The notes beneath the pieces are model-generated. The model saw only the letters and a list, made by a program, of their open reading frames with translations, was not told where the DNA came from and did no database searches. DNA of 63,028 nucleotides, counting the filler, from Stramenopiles sp. TOSAG23-2 (taxonomy: Eukaryota), in the NCBI GenBank assembly GCA_900128395.1. It is 10 parts of 10 records of this genome, joined end to end, with 100 filler letters (N's around TTAATTAATTAA, not from the genome) between each part and the next. Parts side by side here need not be neighbours in the genome. Positions count along the whole stretch, not along the records: positions 20,619 to 27,375 come from LT650410.1; positions 27,476 to 34,231 come from LT650411.1; positions 34,332 to 41,072 come from LT650412.1; 7 more parts are not named here. One strand, written 5' to 3'. Below, piece after piece: positions 25,004 through 35,144 of this stretch. The translations under genes and the position numbers were made by a program. The first letter of the stretch is position 1, and each line of letters begins with the position of its first letter.

Positions 25004-25301
25004 AAAAGCAAAAAACTCTTTTTTAAAAAGAGAATAGCATTATTATATATCCGTGTGTAAAATTGTCATCATATGATTCGTGTAATATTTATTTTTATAA
25101 AATTTTTTACGGTTCGTATTTTATTTTTTTTTATCTAATGTCGAAGATCCTACTATCAAGTCTAAAATGCACGTGTCTGCACTCTAATACACTCTAATAC
25201 AAGACCACTGAATAGGTTTTCTTCCCTCCGCAGTCCAGCTTTCTTCGCTGCACACTCTCCATTAAAAGATTATATATGTGTGTATATAAATTTCGTGCCT
25301 C

Positions 25302-26664
25302 TCAAAAGGTATTTTTACTTTTAACACCACCGATTCTCAAAGCACCGATCCATTTAAAATGCTCACCATTTTTCCAGATACCTTCTCTCCATTTACCATT
25401 TGCATATCGTATAATACCATTGCCATGCCGTTTATTTTTGATAAATTCACCGTCATATTTCGTCCCATCGTCCGTCAATTCAACACCACGTCCATGCCGA
25501 ACACCATATACCCATTGGCCAGTATAAACATTATCCGTACGACTAACATATTTCCCAACTCCATGCATGAAATTATTTTCCCACATACCAACATATAAAT
25601 CACCATTTTTCCATTCAAATGTTCCTTTTCCTTTACGTAAATTGTTTGCAAATCCACCCTCATAATGCCCAAATCGAGTAACTAGTTTACCTTGCCCATG
25701 AAACAAACCATCTTTAAAATCACCTTCATAGCGATCATTATTTGGCCACGTTTCAACGCCATAACCCGATCTTTTCCCACCCTTCCATTCACCTTCATAA
25801 ATGCGTCCTTTATTAAAAGTATATTTACCATGGCCTGCGCATGTTATAATATACACATAAATATATCATGTATTTATTTATTTATTTGAAATTTTGAGTT
25901 AGTGCATATGTTATATATATATTACAGTTACAATAGTTTCACTTACCGTCGCGTAATCCGTTTTTAAAACTACCTACATAACTGTTACCACCTGTCCATT
26001 TGATCTTACCTTGGCCATGCCGTATACCACTAGCCAAATCACCTTTATATTTTCCTTCATGTCCTATAACCTCAACACGCTTTATTTTTGCTTTTAATAT
26101 TGCTTTTCGTGATTTTGGTTTTGTAGCATTTTCCCTAGCTTTTTCTATTTCTAACTCTGTACCAATCGATATTGCAGATATTTCTTGGGATATCTCTTTT
26201 GAATTATCATGTGGTTCTTTACCAATTGCTAGTGATGGTTGTTCAGATATCGCACCTATGGATATTTCTTCATTTATTTCATCATCATTTTTATTTACAT
26301 TGTCGTCGTTAGCATTTTCATCTTTTGCTATTGTCTTTTCTTTATCGTTGCTATTAGTGCTAGTAGGCTTCTTTTTTACAGTAGTATCATCCTTTGTTTC
26401 TATAATGTCCTTGCTAGTTTTAGTTTCATTATGTCTGCTAGTATTGCTAGTATCTACAGGGTTTTCGTCAGTATGGTGTTTCTTCTTTGAATGTTTCGTA
26501 TGTTTTTTCTTCGGTTTATGCGGAGAAACTTTGTGATCATGTTCTTTTTTACCCTGACTAATTGTGGTTTCATTATTATCATCAATGTGCTTTTTAGAGT
26601 GTTTATGTTTTAAATGGTGTTTTTTCTTATGTTTCTTGTGATGATGTTCTTCTTTTGACGCCAT
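25302..26664 (-). CDS. MORN-repeat protein with His/Lys-rich N-terminus, exons 26664-25947 and 25834-25302
   Basis: Repeated YxGxWxxGxRHGxG MORN units. Intron 25946-25835 (G|GTAAGT...cactaac...gcAG) joins the frames as GLRDGHGKY. Confidence 0.88.
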
Positions 26665-27375
26665 ACTGAATGTAAAAAGAAAAATATGAAATATTGAAGT
26701 GGAAATGTTTAAACAAAATTAATAATATGTATCTTAACTAATATGTGTTATCAATTTATATAGATGTATAGATATTCAGTTATACTGTAGTATAGGTTAA
26801 AGAAAAAGCTGGTTGTGCTTTTGTTGTGCTTTTATTATTATGTTATTATAATATGATGATTTATATTGTTGATGATGATGATTATTGTAATACTACATGT
26901 GCCTGGCATGGCACCATGCATATTATAATATAGCGTTATTAATACCAGGTAACGGCACCAGAGCACCAGAGCCAGCTTTTGATAATATTAATATTATTAA
27001 TACCGATTAATTCCGATTACCAGGATTACCGATTAACCTGGAACGTGACTCATCAATAGCGAAAATAGAACACCTTGTGTACAGTGTAATAGTAACGTAG
27101 TATTATAAGCTGTAACCTGTAACACTGTAAATAAAACACAACAACAACAACAACAATGCCTGGAATGATGATTTCATGAGTCATCTGTCATCAACAAAAA
27201 ACCATCAAAGCTAAAGCCACAGCACACAGCAGCAGCCACCATGATAATGGATATAATACCTGGAATAGTATGATATATATAATCCAACACTAATATTACA
27301 TAAATTAAATGTAAAAGCTCTCCATGGCAATATATTATAACGATTCATACACTATTACCTTGAAAAAATATTATT

Positions 27376-27475
27376 NNNNNNNNNNNNNNNNNNNNNNNNN
27401 NNNNNNNNNNNNNNNNNNNTTAATTAATTAANNNNNNNNNNNNNNNNNNNNNNNNNNNNNNNNNNNNNNNNNNNN
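27376..27475. other. Artificial contig linker
   Basis: N44-TTAATTAATTAA-N44. Confidence 0.99.
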
Positions 27476-29367
27476 CGGCACCAAAAGAAGAAATAAATGG
27501 CACAAAACAAGTGATGGAAAATAATAATGAGTTAGGTAAAGATGCAATAGAAATGGAAAATGGAAAAGAAGAACCAGTTGTTGTCGATGTAAAGCTTGGT
27601 GTAGAAAGTAATACGTCAACACCTGAAAACTTTATCAAAAGTGAGAATGGAGATAATCAAAAAGAGACCGCAGTAGACAATGCTGAATATGATGAAGTAA
27701 AAACATCAGTTTTCATAAATCAAAAACCGGGCGGTACAAGTACAGCTCAAAATTTGATTTACAATGCAGTAAATAATAATAATGATAATGATAATAATAA
27801 TGAAACTACAACCAACGTTCGTGTTACACAATCGCCTGGTGGTAACAGTACATTAGACAATTCAATGTCAGGTGAAGCTATTGATTTTAAGACTGGTGTT
27901 GTTATAAACCAAGAACCGGGCGGTACAAGTACAGCTCAAAATTTGATTTATGATAAAAATGTGAAAGACAGCAATATAGATGATATTGATGAAGATGGTT
28001 TCTTAATAGTTGGTAAGGAAAGTGTTACATCATCTTCTGAGCAATTATCTCGCGACATCAAGCCGCAAAAATTAAATTTTCAAGCTGAGGAAAAAATTGA
28101 TGGCAACGCAATTGTTGCAAAGAAATCTACTCTTGATCACGATGCGATTGCTAGTGCATATGCAGATGCATATATAAATGCAATGGATGTACATAGCAGC
28201 GGTATGGGCAATGTCCTTGGTAATAAAAATACAAATTATCAGCTTAATACAATAGAGCAACAACATATTTTCGTCGCAAACGTTGGTATTAGTGATGTTA
28301 TGGAACGGTGTGTTATTCGACCTGTCATGCATCAATGCACACTTATTAATAAAGCATGTGTGTCTTTTTTCATGAAGAACTTGAAATTGAACCGCGTGTT
28401 AGAATATGTACATGATTTTCTTTTAATGTCAAAAGGCCATATAATGCAAGAATTTATACAAACGGTTTGGAAAGGGTATGCAAATCCTAATGCACTTACT
28501 AATTGGTCCTTAGAAGGCAATATAAACAGAGCATTTTTAAATGCATACACGACATATAATTACAATAATAATGAATCTCTTGGAAGTATTGCATATCATT
28601 TTGTTGAAAGCAATTTTAAATATGAAATAGTATGGGAAAACCGTCTGTCTTTACAAAATATTAATGCGTACGATCTACATTGTCTTGATCATGTAAAACC
28701 AACGTTGAATATTACATGGCCTTTAACAATGGTAGTAACAGAGAAAAGCATAGGGCGCTATAGAAGAATACACACCTTTTTGCTACGATTACAAGTGGTA
28801 AGGCAAACATTATGTGAATCATGGTTAAACGCAATGAAGATTAGACGTTCATCCAGTAATTTGAACGATAGCTTAAACTTGGAATCGATAAAACTGCCTC
28901 ATTTATGGTATGTGTATCAACAAAATGTAGATCATTTTGTGAAAACATTTTCTAATTATATTGTATCGGATGCAATAGAATCTTTGTGGTACAATTTTTA
29001 TGATAATATTGGTGGCGTAAATGCTAAGAAGATGGATGATATTTATATGTTTCAAGAGACGCATGAAGAATTTACAATACGTTTAATGGAACGGACTTTT
29101 GTTGATAATATCAATATGATGAAAGCAATTAATGAGCTGTTATCAAGAGCAATAAGCTTGTCACACATGGTACAACATGTTTCGTCATCTCGATATGATG
29201 TAGATAAAGATAGTAAAGGGCAAGATATTATAGAGATAGAAAAATTGAAAAGTGACTTTGATGGTTTTCTAAAGACAAAAGAAATTTTCATACAAATGTT
29301 GAAAGAAATGTGCAAAGGACGAGGGATGGTGTTTTGGGCTAGAGATTTATTGAATAAATTTATTTAG
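27476..29367 (+). CDS. TUBGCP6: Gamma-tubulin complex component, GCP6-like C-terminal half (5' truncated)
   Basis: GRIP2/Spc97-98 features: LINKACVSFF, HDFLLMSKG, WPLTMVVTEKSIGRYRRIHTFLLRL and HFVKTFSNYI. These follow a long disordered insertion typical of GCP6. Confidence 0.75.
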
Positions 29368-29683
29368 TATTCTAATAAGTACGAATATAATATTACAAAT
29401 TTTAGCATTTTTTACTAGTACTTAGTACTATTATATTACTTACAGCTTTTTTTCAAAACACTCTATTAATACCTGGATGGTACTATTACTATAATTCTAA
29501 TATAATAATATTATCAGTTACTTTTTTTTTTTTATTGTTGTTGTTTATTATTATCAATACAACCAATATTCTTTGTTTCTACCCATAACTCAAGTGACAA
29601 AATACTGGCTGATTGTAGGCAATACGATAGAAACATTACAAGCAATATTAAATCATATAATTTTCCGATATAAAAGAAAGAAA

Positions 29684-31840
29684 ATGGGAAACGGCGTATC
29701 AAACTTAGAACGCTTCGTAAAAAATGGTATTATAAAACAAAGCGAGGTAGATGGTGCATTGGAAATATTACAAGAAACTGCTCTAAAAGATGAGGATGCT
29801 AGTGATATTACGGACTGGAGACAAGGGGTGGAAGAGTTAAAAGCGATAAGAGGTGCTATTAAAATATTGGATATAGCATACGATGAAAAGCAAGCGCAGC
29901 GAGTCCGTAAAAAAGTCTCGAGTGGTAGCACTCATTATAAGCAATTTAATTTTAAGGAAACGATTAATAAGCGTTATTCAGTTAGACGTAAAGCAGACCG
30001 CAAACGACGAAAAATATTACACATACTAGTCTTTCCATTTATTGGTAGGGACATGACAACCATAAGAGATTGGCGAGAATGCTATTGTGTTTGTAAAGCA
30101 TGGCGAAATCTTTTGACCGATGATAATTTGTGGAGGAGGAGATTAGTTTATTTACAGCCGAGACCCCTACATTTAAGCAAACGTATGTTTAATTTAGATG
30201 AATATCATTCATATGCTGATAATAATGACTTGGAAATAGAAGGTGGGCACAAAAGCGATAAGTATATATGGAGTCCATTATCGTATAGAAAGTTGGCTTG
30301 TACGAAGTTGGCGCTCATGGTTTGTGATGCAGATAAAGATGATCATTTTGAATGGCAATGGGATAAAGAAATAATGTCCATACATTGTTTGCATTTAGTT
30401 GCCATTTTAACAAATTACGATCCAAATTTAAAATGTTCTATCTTAGGAGAACATTTTGACACAATAGCTTTTGGAAAAGGTGGGTATAGACAACAATCGC
30501 ATATATTAAATATATCTATTATTTCTGGAGTAATTGAATTTCCCAATTTGAAATCATTATTAGATGTGTATTACAATAGAGAAAAAGAAGGATCAAAAAC
30601 GAATGCGATGGATATAAAAGATTTTGAAAGGCTTGAAGAATGTGTTAATCACTTATCCATATTTGAGCGACATCCTACTCATCATCATCATGAAGATGAT
30701 AATCACTCTGGTAGGACATATAAATACGAGCTATTGCCAATGATTAAAGTTTTAGGTGAAACAAAAGCATTTAATGAAATTTATTTGTTGGTAAAAACAA
30801 TTGATGAATATACTAGTGCTGCATCTCAAGAAAAAACTTTTCAAAGTCCACGTACACGATATGATGATGCACCAATGGTATCTAGAATATCATTTTCATT
30901 TGAATTACTGTCACAAACTATGAAGTCATTTGTCTGTAGAAATCAATGGATCAAGTTAACGTGGTTTGGTGAAAATGCAGCATTATCATCATCCTTTGGT
31001 ATAGGTCATCATGGTCATCACATCGGCAAAGAATCGGCTGGTGACATCTTTGGACTAGCGATGAAAGAAAAAATGAATGTACAAAAACATCTTAGAGCAT
31101 TGCCATCATTAAGAAAGATGTACGACTCTTTAGACTCATCTCAAGCCCAATTTGCTTATCTGCAAGATGTTTTTGCTTTAACTAATCAACATGGGGAAAT
31201 TTTTTTCGCGATACATGTTAAAAGTGCAAATGTATTCTTACCACGAACAAAGACCACAACAATTCGTTCAAAACAATTACGTACAGAAATGGAAGAAGAA
31301 GAAAAATGGGCCAAATCAATAGAAAAAACAAGTCTATGGAATAAATTTATACAAAATGAAAGTCAAAGTATACGATTAGGATCTAATACTAGGAGTAACA
31401 TTACATCCCAATTATTTCATAGTATAGTAATGGAAACTACGAAATATGAGATTAGCGGCATTACTTCTGGTAATCGTCCAGTGAGTAGAAAACTAATTGA
31501 TGATCGTTGGCATGATGCAAATATCCTTGCATTTGCACATGGATATCTCGTAAAAAATTATAGAGGTGAAACTGGTGTTTTAAAAATCAGTTCATTACAT
31601 TTAACATATCGGATCAAATATGATAAAAACATTGAAGTGAAGCATGAAGAAGGAGAAAATGAAGAGGAGGAAGAAGAAGATGCGATCGTGGACGCAATAG
31701 AAGATGCTTTGGCACATACTAATATTGCTGTTGTTGATGATGATGAAAAGGCTGGTCATTTTCAAACTTTAATGACAGGAAAGATATTAAATTATAGACT
31801 TGAGCATCATAAAGTCGAAGAAGGAAGTAAGACGATTTGA
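29684..31840 (+). CDS. Hypothetical protein with an F-box-like motif and a putative N-myristoylation start (MGNGVS)
   Basis: First in-frame ATG at 29684. ILHILVFPFI...CYCVCKAWRNLLTDDNLWRR resembles an F-box. Confidence 0.65.
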   Translation: MGNGVSNLERFVKNGIIKQSEVDGALEILQETALKDEDASDITDWRQGVEELKAIRGAIKILDIAYDEKQAQRVRKKVSSGSTHYKQFNFKETINKRYSVRRKADRKRRKILHILVFPFIGRDMTTIRDWRECYCVCKAWRNLLTDDNLWRRRLVYLQPRPLHLSKRMFNLDEYHSYADNNDLEIEGGHKSDKYIWSPLSYRKLACTKLALMVCDADKDDHFEWQWDKEIMSIHCLHLVAILTNYDPNLKCSILGEHFDTIAFGKGGYRQQSHILNISIISGVIEFPNLKSLLDVYYNREKEGSKTNAMDIKDFERLEECVNHLSIFERHPTHHHHEDDNHSGRTYKYELLPMIKVLGETKAFNEIYLLVKTIDEYTSAASQEKTFQSPRTRYDDAPMVSRISFSFELLSQTMKSFVCRNQWIKLTWFGENAALSSSFGIGHHGHHIGKESAGDIFGLAMKEKMNVQKHLRALPSLRKMYDSLDSSQAQFAYLQDVFALTNQHGEIFFAIHVKSANVFLPRTKTTTIRSKQLRTEMEEEEKWAKSIEKTSLWNKFIQNESQSIRLGSNTRSNITSQLFHSIVMETTKYEISGITSGNRPVSRKLIDDRWHDANILAFAHGYLVKNYRGETGVLKISSLHLTYRIKYDKNIEVKHEEGENEEEEEEDAIVDAIEDALAHTNIAVVDDDEKAGHFQTLMTGKILNYRLEHHKVEEGSKTI

Positions 31841-32423
31841 GTGTGTTGGTACGAAAAGTATATTTTATAAACACTTTTGTATGCGCACATGTGTGTACGA
31901 AGTTCGTATTAAAAGACTTTATTTTATTTTATATATATGCATATATATGCCATATTTAAAATGATATTGGCGTGCGTCTCCCCGTCGTATGATATGTTTT
32001 CATATTTTATTAATTTTTATATTTTTTTTAATATTTTTTACAAATTAATAATTTAAATAAAATATTTTTTTAAAATAAAAAATTTAATCTCTCACTTATC
32101 TTCCTTTAGCTCTCACAATACTGTATAAGCGTATCATATCATATTAAGCATCATACACTGTGTAAATTAGGTTAGATTTTAACCATCATATTATATATAT
32201 GCACTGTAATATCATATTATTATCATATGATTGATATACATATTCAACAGAATCTTTTTACTATCATATGCATATGTATACATGTTAATCTTCTTCTTTT
32301 TTTTTTCTTATTCTTTTTGCTGTTCCTTCTTTTTTCCTTATCATACCTCGTATTATCCTTATAAAATAGAAAAGCATACTTTCAATACTTCTCTAAATCA
32401 CAAATTCTATACACAATAAACAA

Positions 32424-33581
32424 TTACGCACTAAAACGATTATTGCGTTTTCTACGACGTTCAGCTTCTTCTCTTGAGACTTTTTTCTTTTTTTTATTTG
32501 GCACAACCACTTTTCTTCTTCTGTTGTTATTGTTGTTGTTGTTGTTGTTGTTTCTGTTGTTTCTGTTTCCACCGCTTTTAAACGTACCCCTATTGTTATT
32601 GTTACGATTGTTATTGTTACGATTGTTGTTGTTTGGTGTTCTGTTACGATTGTTGCGATTGTTGCCACCACCATTTGCACGTTTTCCTGGTGTATTGACA
32701 CGACGTCTTTTGTTGTTGTTGTTTCTGTTGTTGTTGTTGTCGTTTCTGTTGTTGTTGTTGTTTCTGTTTCTGTTTCTGTTGTTGTTGTTGTTGTTGTTGT
32801 TTCCGCCATCACGTTTACGTTTGTTCTTTGCCTTGTTGCTGTTGTTGTTGTTGTTATTGTTTCCTTTTTTCTTGTTGTTTTTTGCCGGTGTTTTTTTGCC
32901 TTTATTTTTTTTACCACCTGGTAATACAACGCTAAGGCCACTTGCCAATTTAAAGTTTTTTTTGCCTTTTGGCACTTTTGGAGTCTTTTTTACTTTTGGA
33001 GTCTTTTTTGCTTTTGGTGGCTCGATTCCAAAACGTTTTGCACGTCTCAAAAGTTTTACTTTTTCAATCAAAGGATCAACATAACCAAATTCTTCAGCTC
33101 TTGCAACACGTTTGTCGTATTCTTCATCTGTCATATCTTCAGGTTTTACTTTCTTTGACTTTGGTGCTTTAGCAACTGGAGCTTCCGTTCCAAAACGTTC
33201 TGCGCGCGCTTTAAGACGTTCAAATTCTGCTGCCTCATCGTCCAAATCATCAGTCTCTGCATCATCCTTTTTATCGCTTGCGCCATCGGCATCATCGTCC
33301 TTCGCTGCTTTCTTTTTTGCTGCTGCTTTCTGCTTTGCTGGCGCTTTCTTCTTTGCTGGCGTTTTCTTCTTTGCTGGTGCTTTCTTTGGGGATTCCTCTT
33401 CGTCCTCCTCCTCTTCAACAGCATCTCCAGCTACCTCATCGTCACCAAGTAACTCAGCATCCAAAGCTTCTTCCAAACGTTCAATTAAAACAGCTTTCAA
33501 ACCAGTAGCATCAAGATCACGATTTTTTAATTCTTCGCGTAATTCTGCTACTTTCAATGCACGTGGGTTAATATCAGACAT
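32424..33581 (-). CDS. SAP-domain ribonucleoprotein, SARNP/Tho1/MOS11-like, with Asn/Arg-rich tail
   Basis: N-terminal SAP domain LKVAELREELKNRDLDATGLKAVLIERL. Repeated RAERFG / RAEEFG / RAKRFG motifs. Confidence 0.8.
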   Translation of the reverse strand: MSDINPRALKVAELREELKNRDLDATGLKAVLIERLEEALDAELLGDDEVAGDAVEEEEDEEESPKKAPAKKKTPAKKKAPAKQKAAAKKKAAKDDDADGASDKKDDAETDDLDDEAAEFERLKARAERFGTEAPVAKAPKSKKVKPEDMTDEEYDKRVARAEEFGYVDPLIEKVKLLRRAKRFGIEPPKAKKTPKVKKTPKVPKGKKNFKLASGLSVVLPGGKKNKGKKTPAKNNKKKGNNNNNNNSNKAKNKRKRDGGNNNNNNNNRNRNRNNNNNRNDNNNNRNNNNKRRRVNTPGKRANGGGNNRNNRNRTPNNNNRNNNNRNNNNRGTFKSGGNRNNRNNNNNNNNNNRRRKVVVPNKKKKKVSREEAERRRKRNNRFSA

Positions 33582-34231
33582 AATTTATATTTATTTTTTT
33601 TTTGTATAATGTTTTGTGTAAAATATTATTTATTTAAAAATGTTGAATATATATATACGTAATTGTAAGTGACAACAAATTATTATATATATATGTGTGT
33701 GTGTGTATTATTAAATTATTTTGTTTTTAATTGAAAAAAAAAAAAGACAAAACGTTATATAATTGTATCTAAAAAGAAGATGATTGAAATATTGTTATGA
33801 AATTATGAAAACAAAAGTTTTCTAAATATACACATGTGTTGAAGGACATCATTATCATTTATTTTATTGTAAATATTTACAATAAATTATTCTTCTTCAT
33901 TCAAATTATTTTCTATATAAGTTAGGGAGTGCAATTAGCATGTAAATATAATAGGGCACTTGATTCTTTTTTATTCGTTTCTATACGATTATTATTTCTT
34001 GGTGGCAATTCGACGGCTCTGATGAAACGATTTTTCCTCCCTATCAAATTGTCCCAGCCCGGCCACAGCGTCTAAAATATACTTGAAAGGGACATTAGAA
34101 TACCAGTACTACCATATCAAATATCAAAGCACGCCAAACGCCAAAAAAAGCTGATCCTTCTGGCCTTCTGGGCCTTCCCGTCCAGGGCTTTGGCCAGTGT
34201 AAAAGGGGGGCGCGAAGCGGGAAAAAATACC

Positions 34232-34331
34232 NNNNNNNNNNNNNNNNNNNNNNNNNNNNNNNNNNNNNNNNNNNNTTAATTAATTAANNNNNNNNNNNNN
34301 NNNNNNNNNNNNNNNNNNNNNNNNNNNNNNN
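34232..34331. other. Artificial contig linker
   Basis: N44-TTAATTAATTAA-N44. Confidence 0.99.
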
Positions 34332-34333
34332 TG

Positions 34334-34774
34334 AATGGCTACAGACATGATATGACATTGAAAGAATACGTGAGTCAAGTCGGTAGAGATAGTTATGGTA
34401 ATGAAGTTGCACCTTTAATGATAGCTGCATCGAACGAAAATTTCCAACTAGTTCAATATTTAATTGAACAAGGTGAAGCTGATCCAAATATTGCACGTAG
34501 TAGTGGAATGAATGCATTACATTTTGCAGCAATGTGGAACAGAACGACTACTGGGTTGATTCAATTCTTATTAAATCTTATGACAATTGATAGTATTAAT
34601 AAAGAAGACATTGATGGAGAAAATCCGTTGGATACTTGTTATGAATTTAATCGTAGTTCAATTCGCCAAGAAATCATTGCACTTTTACGTTCAAAAGGTG
34701 GAATTGCAAATAAATATGATGAAAATGGCAATCGTATAGTAGATTCTTCAGATGAAGAAGATGAAGATGATTAA
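34334..34774 (+). CDS. Ankyrin-repeat protein, 3' part (5' truncated)
   Basis: APLMIAA, ADPNIARSSGMNALHFAA and NPLD. The frame is open to the contig start. Close paralog of 61127-61556. Confidence 0.85.
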   Translation, partial: NGYRHDMTLKEYVSQVGRDSYGNEVAPLMIAASNENFQLVQYLIEQGEADPNIARSSGMNALHFAAMWNRTTTGLIQFLLNLMTIDSINKEDIDGENPLDTCYEFNRSSIRQEIIALLRSKGGIANKYDENGNRIVDSSDEEDEDD

Positions 34775-35144
34775 AAATTAAAAAAAAAGAAGAAAAGTTT
34801 AAAAAGAAAAGAGGCATGCATGGTTACATTATATTATGATACTTTTCGTTAAATGAAAAAATATAAAGTTATACGCGAGTAAAATCTAGATCTATCAATA
34901 GATCCTACTATTATATCATATCATAGTTCTATGATAATATTAATATCATAGTGAAGCTCTATCATTATATGATAAAATAAAATAAAACGCATATTATATT
35001 GAGATTTAATAATTTTTTTATATATATAAAATTTGTTATACACTCTCTCGGTAAAGTGATAAATATCGTAAAACGTAAAAACATTTTTATTCTCCATCAT
35101 ACACAACACACACACAACCCAAAAACACAACCCCGACACCAAAA

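Noticed and set aside
32443-33609. Long + strand Leu/Phe/Ser-rich ORFs
   Set aside because: Antisense shadows of the AAC/AAG-rich SAP-protein gene.
34120-34231. GC-rich contig end as an ncRNA or tRNA
   Set aside because: No cloverleaf, A/B boxes or recognisable rRNA/snRNA motif, and it is truncated by the linker.
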